Source: Streptomyces sp. CNQ-509
Lineage (GTDB): Bacteria; Actinomycetota; Actinomycetes; Streptomycetales; Streptomycetaceae
Assembly (NCBI RefSeq): GCF_001011035.1
Contig: NZ_CP011492.1
Location: 7,672,951-7,704,950 of the forward strand
Direction: 5' to 3'
DNA length: 32,000 nucleotides
The position numbers were made by a program, and so were the translations under genes. The notes beneath the pieces are model-generated. The model had not been told where the DNA came from. It worked only from the letters and a program-made list of their open reading frames with translations, and ran no database searches. Positions 1-7,255 of this stretch are shown piece after piece. The stretch's first letter is position 1. Each line of letters begins with the position of its first letter.

Positions 1-250
1 TCGATCGCGTTCGTTGAGCAGATGACCTTGCGGATCTCCACGTCGAAGGACAGGAACGGTACGAACTCGGCCCAGCCGTTCTCCCAGAGCCGGTGATCGC
101 CGGATACTTCTTGCCCCAGGTCTCCGGAGAACTCCAGGAAGCGGCTGGTGGCGGCGTCCTCGCTGGGCGCGGTGCAGACCGGCTTCACGTCCTTGGCGAG
201 CTTGTCCCAGTCCGCGCGGGAGGCGTATCGGAAGCTGTTGCGGATGAGGT
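1..250 (-). pseudogene. IS256-family (Mutator-type) transposase, C-terminal segment of a decayed copy; it runs off the window start and the upstream part resumes at 2406
   Basis: Reverse translation of 250..1 reads LIRNSFRYASRADWDKLAKDVKPVCTAPSEDAATSRFLEFS...RLWENGWAEFVPFLSFDVEIRKVICSTNAIE, the conserved C-terminal block of IS256-type transposases. The expected WGKKYPAIT stretch is readable only in another frame, implying one insertion and one deletion. Confidence 0.8.
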
Positions 251-269
251 GAAGCCGTCAAGAAACAAC
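251..269. repeat. ISAzo13-like terminal inverted repeat (end next to the transposase stop codon)
   Basis: GAAGCCGTCAAGAAACAAC; its exact reverse complement lies at 2387-2405. The match extends imperfectly to about 31 bp (about 27/31). The transposase stop codon (258-260) lies inside this repeat. Confidence 0.9.
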
Positions 270-2351
270 CTGGTGGTTGTCGGTGCCGTCGCGGACCGCA
301 TCGAGTGCTTCGCGGGCGGTGATGTATCGGTGTGGGGAGGTGGCGATGTCGATGCGGCGGTCGTCGAGGATGGGCTGGACGTCTCGGATCGCGTTCCACA
401 GGGTGCTGCGGCTGACGCCGAAGAGCTCGGCGAGAGCGTCGAGGGTGCAGACACGCCGGCGGTGAAGGAGGGTGGCGAGGATGCGGTCTCCGTCGGTGAT
501 CTTCTGCCGGAAGACGCCTCCGCGGGTTCCGGGACGGCGGTTGCCTCCGCGCTGTCGGTGGCGTCGCCGCTCGATGGCCGCGGCGTAGGGGACGATGAGT
601 TCCTCGAGGAGCTGGTGGAGTGCTTCGCGTTCCAGGCCGGTGAGGTGGGGGTCGGTCAGGGCCTGTTGTTGCGGGGAGGTCATCGTGGCCGGAACATCGG
701 TGACGCCATCGAGCCAGTCACGCAGGTCCTGGGCCCGGGTGAAGTAGCGCACGACGGTGGGGGTGATCGTGATCTTGAGTTCGTCCAGGAGCTGTCGGGT
801 GGCCTTGATGGCCTGGCCGATGGTGACCGGGTTGATGCCGAGCAGGTCGCAGAGCACTTTCTGCGGGCAGACCTGCCGCAGGTAGAGGACGGTGATCAGG
901 ACTTCGTCCTGATCACCGAGCAGGGCCCGGCTTCGGCCGGTGGTGGCCACGCGGCGTCCGCCGCGCAGGACGTAGCGGTGCTGTTCGGCCCTCGCGGCCT
1001 GGGCGGGTGCCAGGCGGGCGTGCAGTTCGCGCAGTTCCCCGGCGGTCATGCCGGTCAGGCGCGGGTCGGCCAGCATGGTCAGGGTCTGCCGCCTGGCGGC
1101 GGCGCTGTCGTCGGCACCGGGAACGGGGGCGGCTGCGCCGGTGGGGGCGATGCTGTAGTTCCATCGGCCGTGCCGGTCGTGCGGCGTGATCGGCAGGGCC
1201 TTCAGCTGGTCGCGGGTGATGGAGATGCCGGTCGGGTAGGAGCCGGTGTCGAGCATGGCCTCGACGCGCAGTCCGGTGCGGGTTGTGGTCGCGGCGATCG
1301 TGTTGAGGACCACGTCGTGGCTGGTCAGCGGGCGTCCGCGCCAGTTCAGGGTGATGTGGGAGAACAGCCGGTGCTCGATCTTGTTCCACTTCGAGGTGCC
1401 CGGCGGGAAGTGGCAGACGGTGACGGTGAGTCCGGACTCGGCGGCGAAGGCGGCCAGTTCGGCCTTCCATACCCGGTAGCGGTAGCTGTTCGAGCCCCCG
1501 GCGTCCGCGGTGATCAGCAGGCGGCTGGCCTGCGGGTAGTCGTGCCGGCCACGCTCGTGCCACCAGCGGCGGATCGAGGAGGCGGCGAATACGGCGGTGT
1601 TGTGGTCGGTGCCGACGTTGACCCAGCCGGTGTTCGCCGTCATGTCGTAGATTCCGTACGGGATCACCGCGTCCACGTGCGGCCCGGCGAAGAAGCTGTG
1701 ATCCTCGACCGCGAGCGGCTGCTTGCCCGGCCGCCACTCCCGCCCGGCCATGGGCAGCAGCCCGATCTGTTCCTTCTTCTTGGCATCCACACTGATCACC
1801 GGCTCACTCGCGGCCTGGTGGTCCTTGACCTGCTCGTTGATGTGACGGAACTGCGCGTCCCGGTCGGGATGTTGCTCACCTTCCAGGATCTTGGCGGTGC
1901 CCTGCAGGCTGAACCCGTTCTCCTTCAGCAGGCGGCCGACCGTGGGTGCGGTCACCCGATGCCCCTGACGGGACAACTCGGCCGCCAGATGCCGCAGCGA
2001 CTTCGTCGTCCACCGCAGCGGCGACACCGGGTCCCCGCGCTCGTCCGGCTCGACCAGCGCCATCAGCGACGGGACCAGCTGAGGGTCGAGGTCCTCGGCC
2101 CGCCTCCGGCCGCCGCCCAAGCGCCGCACCCGCCCCTCGGGCAGCGGCTCGGCCACCGCGAGCTCGGCGATGCCCTTGCGGACCGTCGTCTCGCTGACCT
2201 GGGCAGTCCGGGCCGCGCAGCGGACGCCACCATGCCCGAGGAGCCGGGCCTCGGTCGCCACAGCCAACCTCCGCTGCCTCTCGTTCAGATGCGGGAGAAG
2301 CGCCTCGAAGCGCTGCACCAACTGGCCCCTGACCACCTCGGATACGCCCAT
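258..2351 (-). CDS. ISAzo13-family DDE transposase with an extra C-terminal region of about 250 aa containing two tandem HTH modules
   Basis: Part of the 733-aa ORF 258..2459. That ORF's first ATG lies outside the IS, so I start at the internal ATG at 2351 (MGVSEVVRGQLVQRFEALLPHLNERQRRLAV...). The N-terminal HTH plus DDE core (..VISVDAKKKE..ITADAGGSN..FPPGTSKWNKIEHRLFS..) is typical of ISAzo13/Rhodopirellula-type transposases. The C-terminal extension has high GC3, so it looks genuinely coding. Confidence 0.85.
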   Translation of the reverse strand: MGVSEVVRGQLVQRFEALLPHLNERQRRLAVATEARLLGHGGVRCAARTAQVSETTVRKGIAELAVAEPLPEGRVRRLGGGRRRAEDLDPQLVPSLMALVEPDERGDPVSPLRWTTKSLRHLAAELSRQGHRVTAPTVGRLLKENGFSLQGTAKILEGEQHPDRDAQFRHINEQVKDHQAASEPVISVDAKKKEQIGLLPMAGREWRPGKQPLAVEDHSFFAGPHVDAVIPYGIYDMTANTGWVNVGTDHNTAVFAASSIRRWWHERGRHDYPQASRLLITADAGGSNSYRYRVWKAELAAFAAESGLTVTVCHFPPGTSKWNKIEHRLFSHITLNWRGRPLTSHDVVLNTIAATTTRTGLRVEAMLDTGSYPTGISITRDQLKALPITPHDRHGRWNYSIAPTGAAAPVPGADDSAAARRQTLTMLADPRLTGMTAGELRELHARLAPAQAARAEQHRYVLRGGRRVATTGRSRALLGDQDEVLITVLYLRQVCPQKVLCDLLGINPVTIGQAIKATRQLLDELKITITPTVVRYFTRAQDLRDWLDGVTDVPATMTSPQQQALTDPHLTGLEREALHQLLEELIVPYAAAIERRRHRQRGGNRRPGTRGGVFRQKITDGDRILATLLHRRRVCTLDALAELFGVSRSTLWNAIRDVQPILDDRRIDIATSPHRYITAREALDAVRDGTDNHQVVS

Positions 2352-2386
2352 GCCCCGCAAACGATCTACCAGTTGAGAAGCAACAC

Positions 2387-2405
2387 GTTGTTTCTTGACG
2401 GCTTC
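2387..2405. repeat. ISAzo13-like terminal inverted repeat (end upstream of the transposase start)
   Basis: GTTGTTTCTTGACGGCTTC, the exact reverse complement of 251-269. Confidence 0.9.
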
Positions 2406-3297
2406 GGTGGATGAAGCAGGTCTGCACGATGGTGCGGGGCCAGACAGTCTCCACCGCATCAGGCAATCCCTTGAGCTGGTCGCAGACCAGCATCAGCACG
2501 TCGTTAAGGCCGCGGTTCTTCAGCTCGGTGAAGATCTGCCGCCAGAACTTCGCGCCTCGCCGCCGTCGCCGGCCCAGATCCCGAGGATGTCGCGGTGGCC
2601 CTCGACGGTCACGGCCATCACGACGTAGACCGGCCGGTTGGCGACCTGCCCGTCGCGGATCTTCACGTGGATAGCGTCCACGAACAGCACGGGGTAGACC
2701 GTCCCGAGACGAGCGGCCGGTTCTGCCACTCGGCCATGCCGTCCATCACGCTGTCGGTGATCGTGGTGATCGTGGTGATCGTGGTGATCGTGGTGATCGT
2801 GGTGATCGTGGTGATCGTCGACTTCGACACGCCCGCGCCGTAGCCCTCGGACAGGTGGGCGGAGATCTCGCCGTGCGTGAGGCCCTTGGCGGACAGCGAC
2901 AGCACCATCTCGTCCACCCCGGTCGGCCGCCTCTGCCGCTTCTTCACGATCTGCGGCTCTAGGCTGCCCTCGACGTCCCGCGGGACGCTGATCTCGACCG
3001 GGCCGACGCCGGCGGTCACCGTCTTCGAGCGGCGGCCGTTGCGGGAGTTGCCGCCGTCCCGGCCGGCCGCCTCGTGCTTCCCGTAGCCCAGGTGGTCGGT
3101 CATCTCGCCATCGAGAGCGGACCCGACGACCCGCTTGGTCAGCTGCGGCAGCAGCCCGCCCTCGCCGGTCAGATGCAGCCCTCGGCCCGGACCCGGTCGA
3201 CCAGCATCCCGACCAGCCGATCGTCCACGACCGGCACCGCGGTGGCATCCCGCCCCGCCAGCCCCTCGTTCCCAACCTCGAGTACAACATCAGTCAT
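2406..3297 (-). pseudogene. IS256-family transposase, N-terminal two thirds, multiply frameshifted
   Basis: From the ATG at 3297 the frame reads MTDVVLEVGNEGLAGRDATAVPVVDDRLVGMLVDRVRAEG. It then shifts near 3175 to LHLTGEGGLLPQLTKRVVGSALDGEMTDHLGYGKHE...AEWQNRPL. It shifts again near 2705 to VYPVLFVDAIHVKIRDGQVANRPVYVVMAVTVEGHRDILGIWAGDGGE, and near 2555 to AKFWRQIFTELKNRGLNDVLMLVCDQLKGLPDAVETVWPRTIVQTCFIH, which ends at the IS insertion. Confidence 0.85.
2756..2818. repeat. Perfect 9-bp tandem repeat GGTGATCGT x7 inside the IS256 pseudogene
   Basis: Read directly from the sequence. In the transposase frame it encodes (TIT)x7 inside ..GVSKSTITTIT...TITDSVMDGMAEWQ.., an expansion of a native T-I-T motif. 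Confidence 0.95.
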
Positions 3298-3405
3298 TCG
3301 GTGTCACTCCGTGATCCAGTTCCACCGTCTGTTGTACACGCCCTGGGGGGGGAGGGGGTTGCCGTCGGTCATGGACGAGATCGAGCTGGGCAGCAGAGGC
3401 GTCCG

Positions 3406-3813
3406 CTACTCATCGAGTCTTCCGAGACGGCGGGCATCTTTGATCTCGTGGAGTCTGGCAGCCGTCATCGGGGTCCACTCCCTGCTCTGTCCAGCGGCAT
3501 GGAGGGCTTCTTCAATCTCGCTGAGCTTCGCGGGGGACAACACGCCCACCCGCTCGATCAGGTCGTCCCGGGCCACGGTGGTCAGCCATGTGCAAGGTGT
3601 CAACCCTGGACGCGGGAACGCGAAGCGCAGCACGCCTTCGAAGGGCACTCCTTCCAGGGGGCCTACGGCCACTTCAACGCCGAGGCCGCTGATGTCGACA
3701 CCTGCTGGAGGGACGACCTGCATCGCCTGGAACCCGGATGACTCCTCGTCCGACAGCAGCACGACCGGGCGTCGCTCGTCGAAGGCGACCCACCAGACTT
3801 CGCCGCGTTGCAT
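3406..3813 (-). CDS. PemK/MazF-family type II toxin-like protein (135 aa); no adjacent antitoxin gene
   Basis: MQRGEVWWVAFDERRPVVLLSDEE... and ..LTTVARDDLIERVGVLSPAKLSEIEEAL match the PemK/MazF fold signature (RGEVWWV, RPVVLLS, C-terminal 'G-x-L-s-x-x-x-l-x-x-i-x-x-A-L'). GGAGG lies 5 nt upstream of the ATG. Confidence 0.7.
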   Translation of the reverse strand: MQRGEVWWVAFDERRPVVLLSDEESSGFQAMQVVPPAGVDISGLGVEVAVGPLEGVPFEGVLRFAFPRPGLTPCTWLTTVARDDLIERVGVLSPAKLSEIEEALHAAGQSREWTPMTAARLHEIKDARRLGRLDE

Positions 3814-3864
3814 GTGTCCTCCGTAGGTTGTTAGGTGGCCCGGGAGGGCCGGATGTGGCTTATG

Positions 3865-5345
3865 TGTCCTTGCCTTCAGTGGCTTCCCAGGAGTGGCCGT
3901 CCGGTTCTCCGGGGCGCCCTGGCTGCTGATTGAGATGTGCGCGCTGTGTGCGGTCGCTGATTACGGAGACGACAGCGGGGTGTTCCTCGGGCCGACGACA
4001 TGCCGGATGGTCCGAGGAGGATCGAGTGAACGAGCGGAAAGCCCAGGTCTGGGCCGGTGTCGATGCCGGCAGGGGCCACCACTGGGCGGCTGTTGTCGAC
4101 GAGACCGGTGCGACGCTGTGGCCGAAGAAGATCGACAACGACGAGTCCGCGATCCTGACCGCGCTCGGAGAGATCCTCGGCCTGGCGGACGAGGTGCACT
4201 GGGCGGTGGACATTGCCGGCACGTCCTCCGCGCTGCTGCTGGCTTTGCTCGCCGCCCACGGCCAGCGGGCCGTCTACGTGCCCGGCCGCACCGTCAACCG
4301 CATGTCGGGCGCCTACCGGGGCGAGGCGAAGACCGATGCCCGCGACGCCTACGTCATCGCCGAGACCACCCGTCACCGCAACGACTTCGCCACCATCGAC
4401 GTGCCCGCCCAGCTGGCCGCCGACCTCGCGCTGCTGACCGCCCACCGCACCGACCTCGTGGCCGACCGGGTGCGGATGATCAACCGGCCGCGCGACGTGC
4501 TTACCGGCGTCTTCCCCGCGCTGGAGCGGGCCTTCGACTACTCCGCCCACAAGGGCGCGCTGGTGTTGCTGACCGGCTACCAGACCCCGGCCGCGATCCG
4601 CCGCCGTGGCCGGGCGAGGCTGGCGGCCTGGCTGGCCAACCGCGCAGTGCGCGGCGCCGACGCGGTGGCCGCGACCGCGCTGGAAGCCGCCCGAGCGCAG
4701 CAGAGCGCCCTGCCCGGCGAGGACGTCGCCGCGCAGATCATCGCCGACCTGGCGGCACAGATCCTGGATCTCGACGACCGGCTGAAGCGGATCGACAAGC
4801 AGATCCGTGAGAGGTTCCGCAGCCATCCGCAGGCCGAGATCATCGAGTCGCTGCCCGGCGTGGGCCCGATCCTTGGCGCCGAGTTCATCGTCGCGGCCGG
4901 TGACCTGTCGGCCTACGCGGATGCCGGCCATCTGGCCTCGGCGGCCGGGCTGGTGCCCGTCCCACGTGACTCCGGCCGGCGCACCGGCAACCTCCACCGG
5001 CCCAAGCGCTACAGCCGCCGCCTGCGACGGGTCTTCTACCTGTCCGCGCAGACCAGCATCATCCGCGAAGGGCCGAACCGGGACTTCTACCTCAAGAAGC
5101 GCGGCGAGGGCTGCAAGCACGTTCAGGCCGTCATCGCCCTGGCCCGGCGACGAGCCAGCGTGCTGTGGGCACTCCTGCGTGACGGACGAGTCTTCACCTC
5201 CGCCCCGCCGGTCACGCACGCGGCTTGACTTCGTCATTGAGACTCCTGGCACGAGCCGGCGGGTGAACCTGCGTGCCCTGAGTGGGACGCGGAAGGGATG
5301 CGGCCCCGGCTTCGCACGTCGTGACCGAGGCGTAGCGAAGAGGGG
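3865..5345 (+). mobile_element. IS110-family insertion sequence; the boundaries are approximate and not determined
   Basis: Contains an intact IS110-type transposase/recombinase ORF. This family lacks classical terminal IRs, so I cannot place the ends by eye. The limits are bounded by the MazF-like start (3813) and the IS701 remnant (5387). Confidence 0.45.
4026..5228 (+). CDS. IS110-family transposase (DEDD-type recombinase), 400 aa
   Basis: Lies within ORF 3930..5228. I chose the GTG at 4026 because GAGGAGG (4014-4020) lies 5 nt upstream. The N terminus VWAGVDAGRGHHWAAVVDETG.., ..GEAKTDARDAYVIAE.. and the C-terminal ..LPGVGPILGAEFIVAAGDLSAYADAGHLASAAGLVPVPRDSG.. are hallmark IS110-family blocks. 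Confidence 0.9.
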   Translation: MNERKAQVWAGVDAGRGHHWAAVVDETGATLWPKKIDNDESAILTALGEILGLADEVHWAVDIAGTSSALLLALLAAHGQRAVYVPGRTVNRMSGAYRGEAKTDARDAYVIAETTRHRNDFATIDVPAQLAADLALLTAHRTDLVADRVRMINRPRDVLTGVFPALERAFDYSAHKGALVLLTGYQTPAAIRRRGRARLAAWLANRAVRGADAVAATALEAARAQQSALPGEDVAAQIIADLAAQILDLDDRLKRIDKQIRERFRSHPQAEIIESLPGVGPILGAEFIVAAGDLSAYADAGHLASAAGLVPVPRDSGRRTGNLHRPKRYSRRLRRVFYLSAQTSIIREGPNRDFYLKKRGEGCKHVQAVIALARRRASVLWALLRDGRVFTSAPPVTHAA

Positions 5346-5386
5346 TGCGGCCACCGGTGATCATCGGTGTGTGAAGACTGAAGATC

Positions 5387-6345
5387 ATGCGGTGGGCCGC
5401 AGGCCACAGCGTAGACCCCGCCCGCTGGCAGGAGGCGTTCGAGGTACTGATGGGGCGGATAGCGGGCCGGTTCGCGCGGGTTGAGCCCCGGCGCCGGGTG
5501 AGGGATCCGGTGCTGGGGCTGCTGTCGGACCTGCCGCGCAAGAACTGCTGGTCGACGAGACCGGGGACGTGAAGAAGGGCAGGCACACCGTCGGTGTCCA
5601 GCGCCAGTACACCGGCACCGCCGGGAGGATCGAGAACGCGCAGGTCGCGGTCTACCTTGCCTACGCGGGCCGCCGTGGGCATGCGGCGGTGGACCGTGAG
5701 CTGTACATCCCGCGCTCATGGACGGGCGACCCGGCCCGCTGTCGGGCCGCGGGCCTGGGTGAGGACACCGTCTTCGCGACCAAGCCGGAGCCGGCTGCCC
5801 GCATGATCGGCCGGTTCCTTGACGCCGGGCACCGCGTGGGCTGGGTCGCGGGGGGCGAGGTCTACGGCGGCAACCCGAAGCTGCGGTCCGCGCTGGAAGA
5901 GCGCGGGGTCGGCTACGCGCTCGCTGTCGACTGCTCCGCTGAAGCCACCACCGGTGCGGGGACGTTCCGAGCCGATGCCCTGGCCGCCAAGGTGCCGAGG
6001 CGGGCCTGGCAGAAGCTGCCGGCCGGGGCTGGCGCCAAGGGACAGCGCTTCTACGACTGGGCCGTCATCGAGCTGGCCGACCCCCGGGTCCGCAGCCGCC
6101 AGCTGTTGCTCCTCCGCAATCGCACCACTGGCGAACTGGCCTACTACCGCTGCTGGTCGCCGGCCCCTGTGCCCCTGACCATGCTGGTCCGCGTCGCCAG
6201 GTCGAGATGGCGGGTGGAGGAGACCTTTCAGTCCGAAAGGGCCTGGCCGGACTGGACGAACACCAGTCCGCCGCTTCACCTCGTGGTCTCGCTGGGTCAC
6301 CCTGGCCCTGCTCGCTCACGCCTTCCTCGCTGTTGTTCGCGCTTC
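5387..6345 (+). pseudogene. IS701-family transposase remnant with an internal deletion, frameshifts and 3' truncation
   Basis: The N-terminal piece (..RFARVEPRRRVRDPVLGLLSDLPRKNCW) is joined out of frame at about 5546-5550 to LVDETGDVKKGRHTVGVQRQYTGTAGRIENAQVAVYLAYA.., so about 50 aa are missing. Near 6230-6300 the C-terminal blocks (RWRVEETFQS / KGLAGLDEHQ / RRFTSWSRWVTLALLAHAFLAVV) fall in three different frames. Homology stops at about 6345. Confidence 0.8.
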
Positions 6346-6539
6346 TCCGGGTCCTGATGGGCCCGGGTTCGGTTCTCGATGCGGTTGCGCTGGCCGCGGG
6401 TGATGAGCAGCGCCTGGTCCGATTCCAGCGGTACTTCTTCGCCGTCGACGGGTGTCAGCAACGGCCGTGTGCTTCCTGCCTGCCGCAGGGTCGGCGCCAC
6501 GTTCGCCACGGCGGCGCTGGCGCCCTTTGTCTCAGCCAT
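6346..6539 (-). pseudogene. TcmJ-like cupin, N-terminal fragment only, truncated at the IS701 remnant
   Basis: From the ATG at 6539: MAETKGASAAVANVAPTLRQAGSTRPLLTPVDGEE... This resembles my recollection of the N terminus of TcmJ/WhiE-ORFII-type cupins (..VP.lRR..G.iRtlLsP.tvG..). The rest of the ORF runs into IS701-derived sequence. The position after tcmH/tcmI-like genes supports the call. Confidence 0.45.
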
Positions 6540-6584
6540 GACTGGTCCTTTCGCTTTCTGCGGTGTCGAGATCCTCACGACCGG

Positions 6585-6914
6585 TCAGGGGGTGTCAGCT
6601 TCCCAGGTGTAGAAGATGTGGGCCCGGGAGTCCTTCAGCTCCTTCCAGGCGGCGTCGTATGGTGTGAGAAACCGGCCGACGCGTTCGTTGACCTGCTGGA
6701 ACAGCGCGCTGCTCCGGGCCCGGTAGAGGCGGTCCATGATGTCGTCGTCGGCCTCGATCAAGTGCATGTAGAGATCGTGGAACCGGAAGAGCACGCGCCT
6801 TCGCACGCCGATTTCGCGCGGCAGCACGGTTTCGTCGTGCTCGGCGAAGGCAGCCGCCACGTGCGGGGCGTCCGCCGGGTTCATCCTCAGCACCATGAGA
6901 GCGCGATACGCCAT
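6585..6914 (-). CDS. TcmI-family type II polyketide cyclase (109 aa)
   Basis: Internal ATG at 6914 of ORF 6585..7064: MAYRALMVLRMNPADAPHVAAAFAEHDETVLPREIGVRRRVLFRFHDLYMHLIEADDDIMDRLYRARSSALFQQVNERVGRFLTPYD..., the typical TcmI-like polyketide synthesis cyclase pattern. It starts 2 nt after the upstream stop. Confidence 0.85.
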   Translation of the reverse strand: MAYRALMVLRMNPADAPHVAAAFAEHDETVLPREIGVRRRVLFRFHDLYMHLIEADDDIMDRLYRARSSALFQQVNERVGRFLTPYDAAWKELKDSRAHIFYTWEADTP

Positions 6915-6916
6915 GG

Positions 6917-7255
6917 TCACGCTCCGTCGGGTCGGCCCGCGTCGTACGAGTGGACGACGTCGCAGGAGAGTGGGACAGGCCGGGACACCGACCGGCAGTA
7001 CGCGAAGTACTCCGCCAGCCGCGGGTCGTCGTGCATGGACCGGAAATCCGCTTCCGACTGCCACTGGGCGTAGTTGACGACGTGCTCGCCATCGTGGCTC
7101 AGGTGGAAGCTGGCCGAGACGAACCCGGGCAGGTGGCGGATCAGCTCCTCCGTCACCTGGGCCATGCGATCGCAGAGCTGTTTCTGCTCATGGCGATGCA
7201 CGGGGAAGACGTTGACGAGAGTGAAGAGAGGACTGGCTGCGGAGATGGACGCCAT
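6917..7255 (-). CDS. Antibiotic biosynthesis monooxygenase (ABM) family protein, TcmH/ActVA-Orf6-like (112 aa)
   Basis: Internal ATG at 7255 of ORF 6917..7864: MASISAASPLFTLVNVFPVHRHEQKQLCDRMAQVTEELIRHLPGFVSASFHLSHDGEHVVNYAQWQSEADFRSMHDDPRL.., an ABM-domain pattern (..vNyaqWes.eaf..). It is tightly coupled to the cyclase gene. Confidence 0.8.
   Translation of the reverse strand: MASISAASPLFTLVNVFPVHRHEQKQLCDRMAQVTEELIRHLPGFVSASFHLSHDGEHVVNYAQWQSEADFRSMHDDPRLAEYFAYCRSVSRPVPLSCDVVHSYDAGRPDGA

Larger units (their letters stand above)
251..2405 (-). mobile_element. Complete ISAzo13-family insertion sequence (2155 bp) nested inside the IS256 transposase gene
   Basis: Perfect 19-bp terminal inverted repeats, flanked by a 3-bp direct repeat GGT (248-250 and 2406-2408). 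Deleting 251-2408 restores the host reading frame ..QTCFIHLIRNSFRYAS... A single long transposase ORF fills the element. Confidence 0.9.

Noticed and set aside
93-2414. 773-aa plus-strand ORF covering the whole ISAzo13 element
   Set aside because: It is antisense to a transposase with clear family motifs. Its translation is Gly/Ala/Arg/Val-rich low-complexity sequence with no recognisable domain. This is the typical shadow ORF produced by high GC3 on the opposite strand.
2756-2818. Regular short repeats considered as a possible CRISPR array or a His-rich metal-binding peptide (D-H-H repeat)
   Set aside because: The units are contiguous 9-mers with no spacers, so this is a microsatellite. The D-H-H repeat reading is in a frame that is not the transposase frame at this position and belongs to a multiply frameshifted pseudogene.
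3812-5240. Short direct repeats as possible IS110 boundaries: ATGTGTCCT at 3812-3820 and 3862-3870; ATTGAGA at 3929-3935 and 5234-5240
   Set aside because: Matches of 7-9 bp are expected by chance when scanning two regions of about 200 bp each. IS110-family ends are not defined by such repeats. I left the boundaries undetermined.
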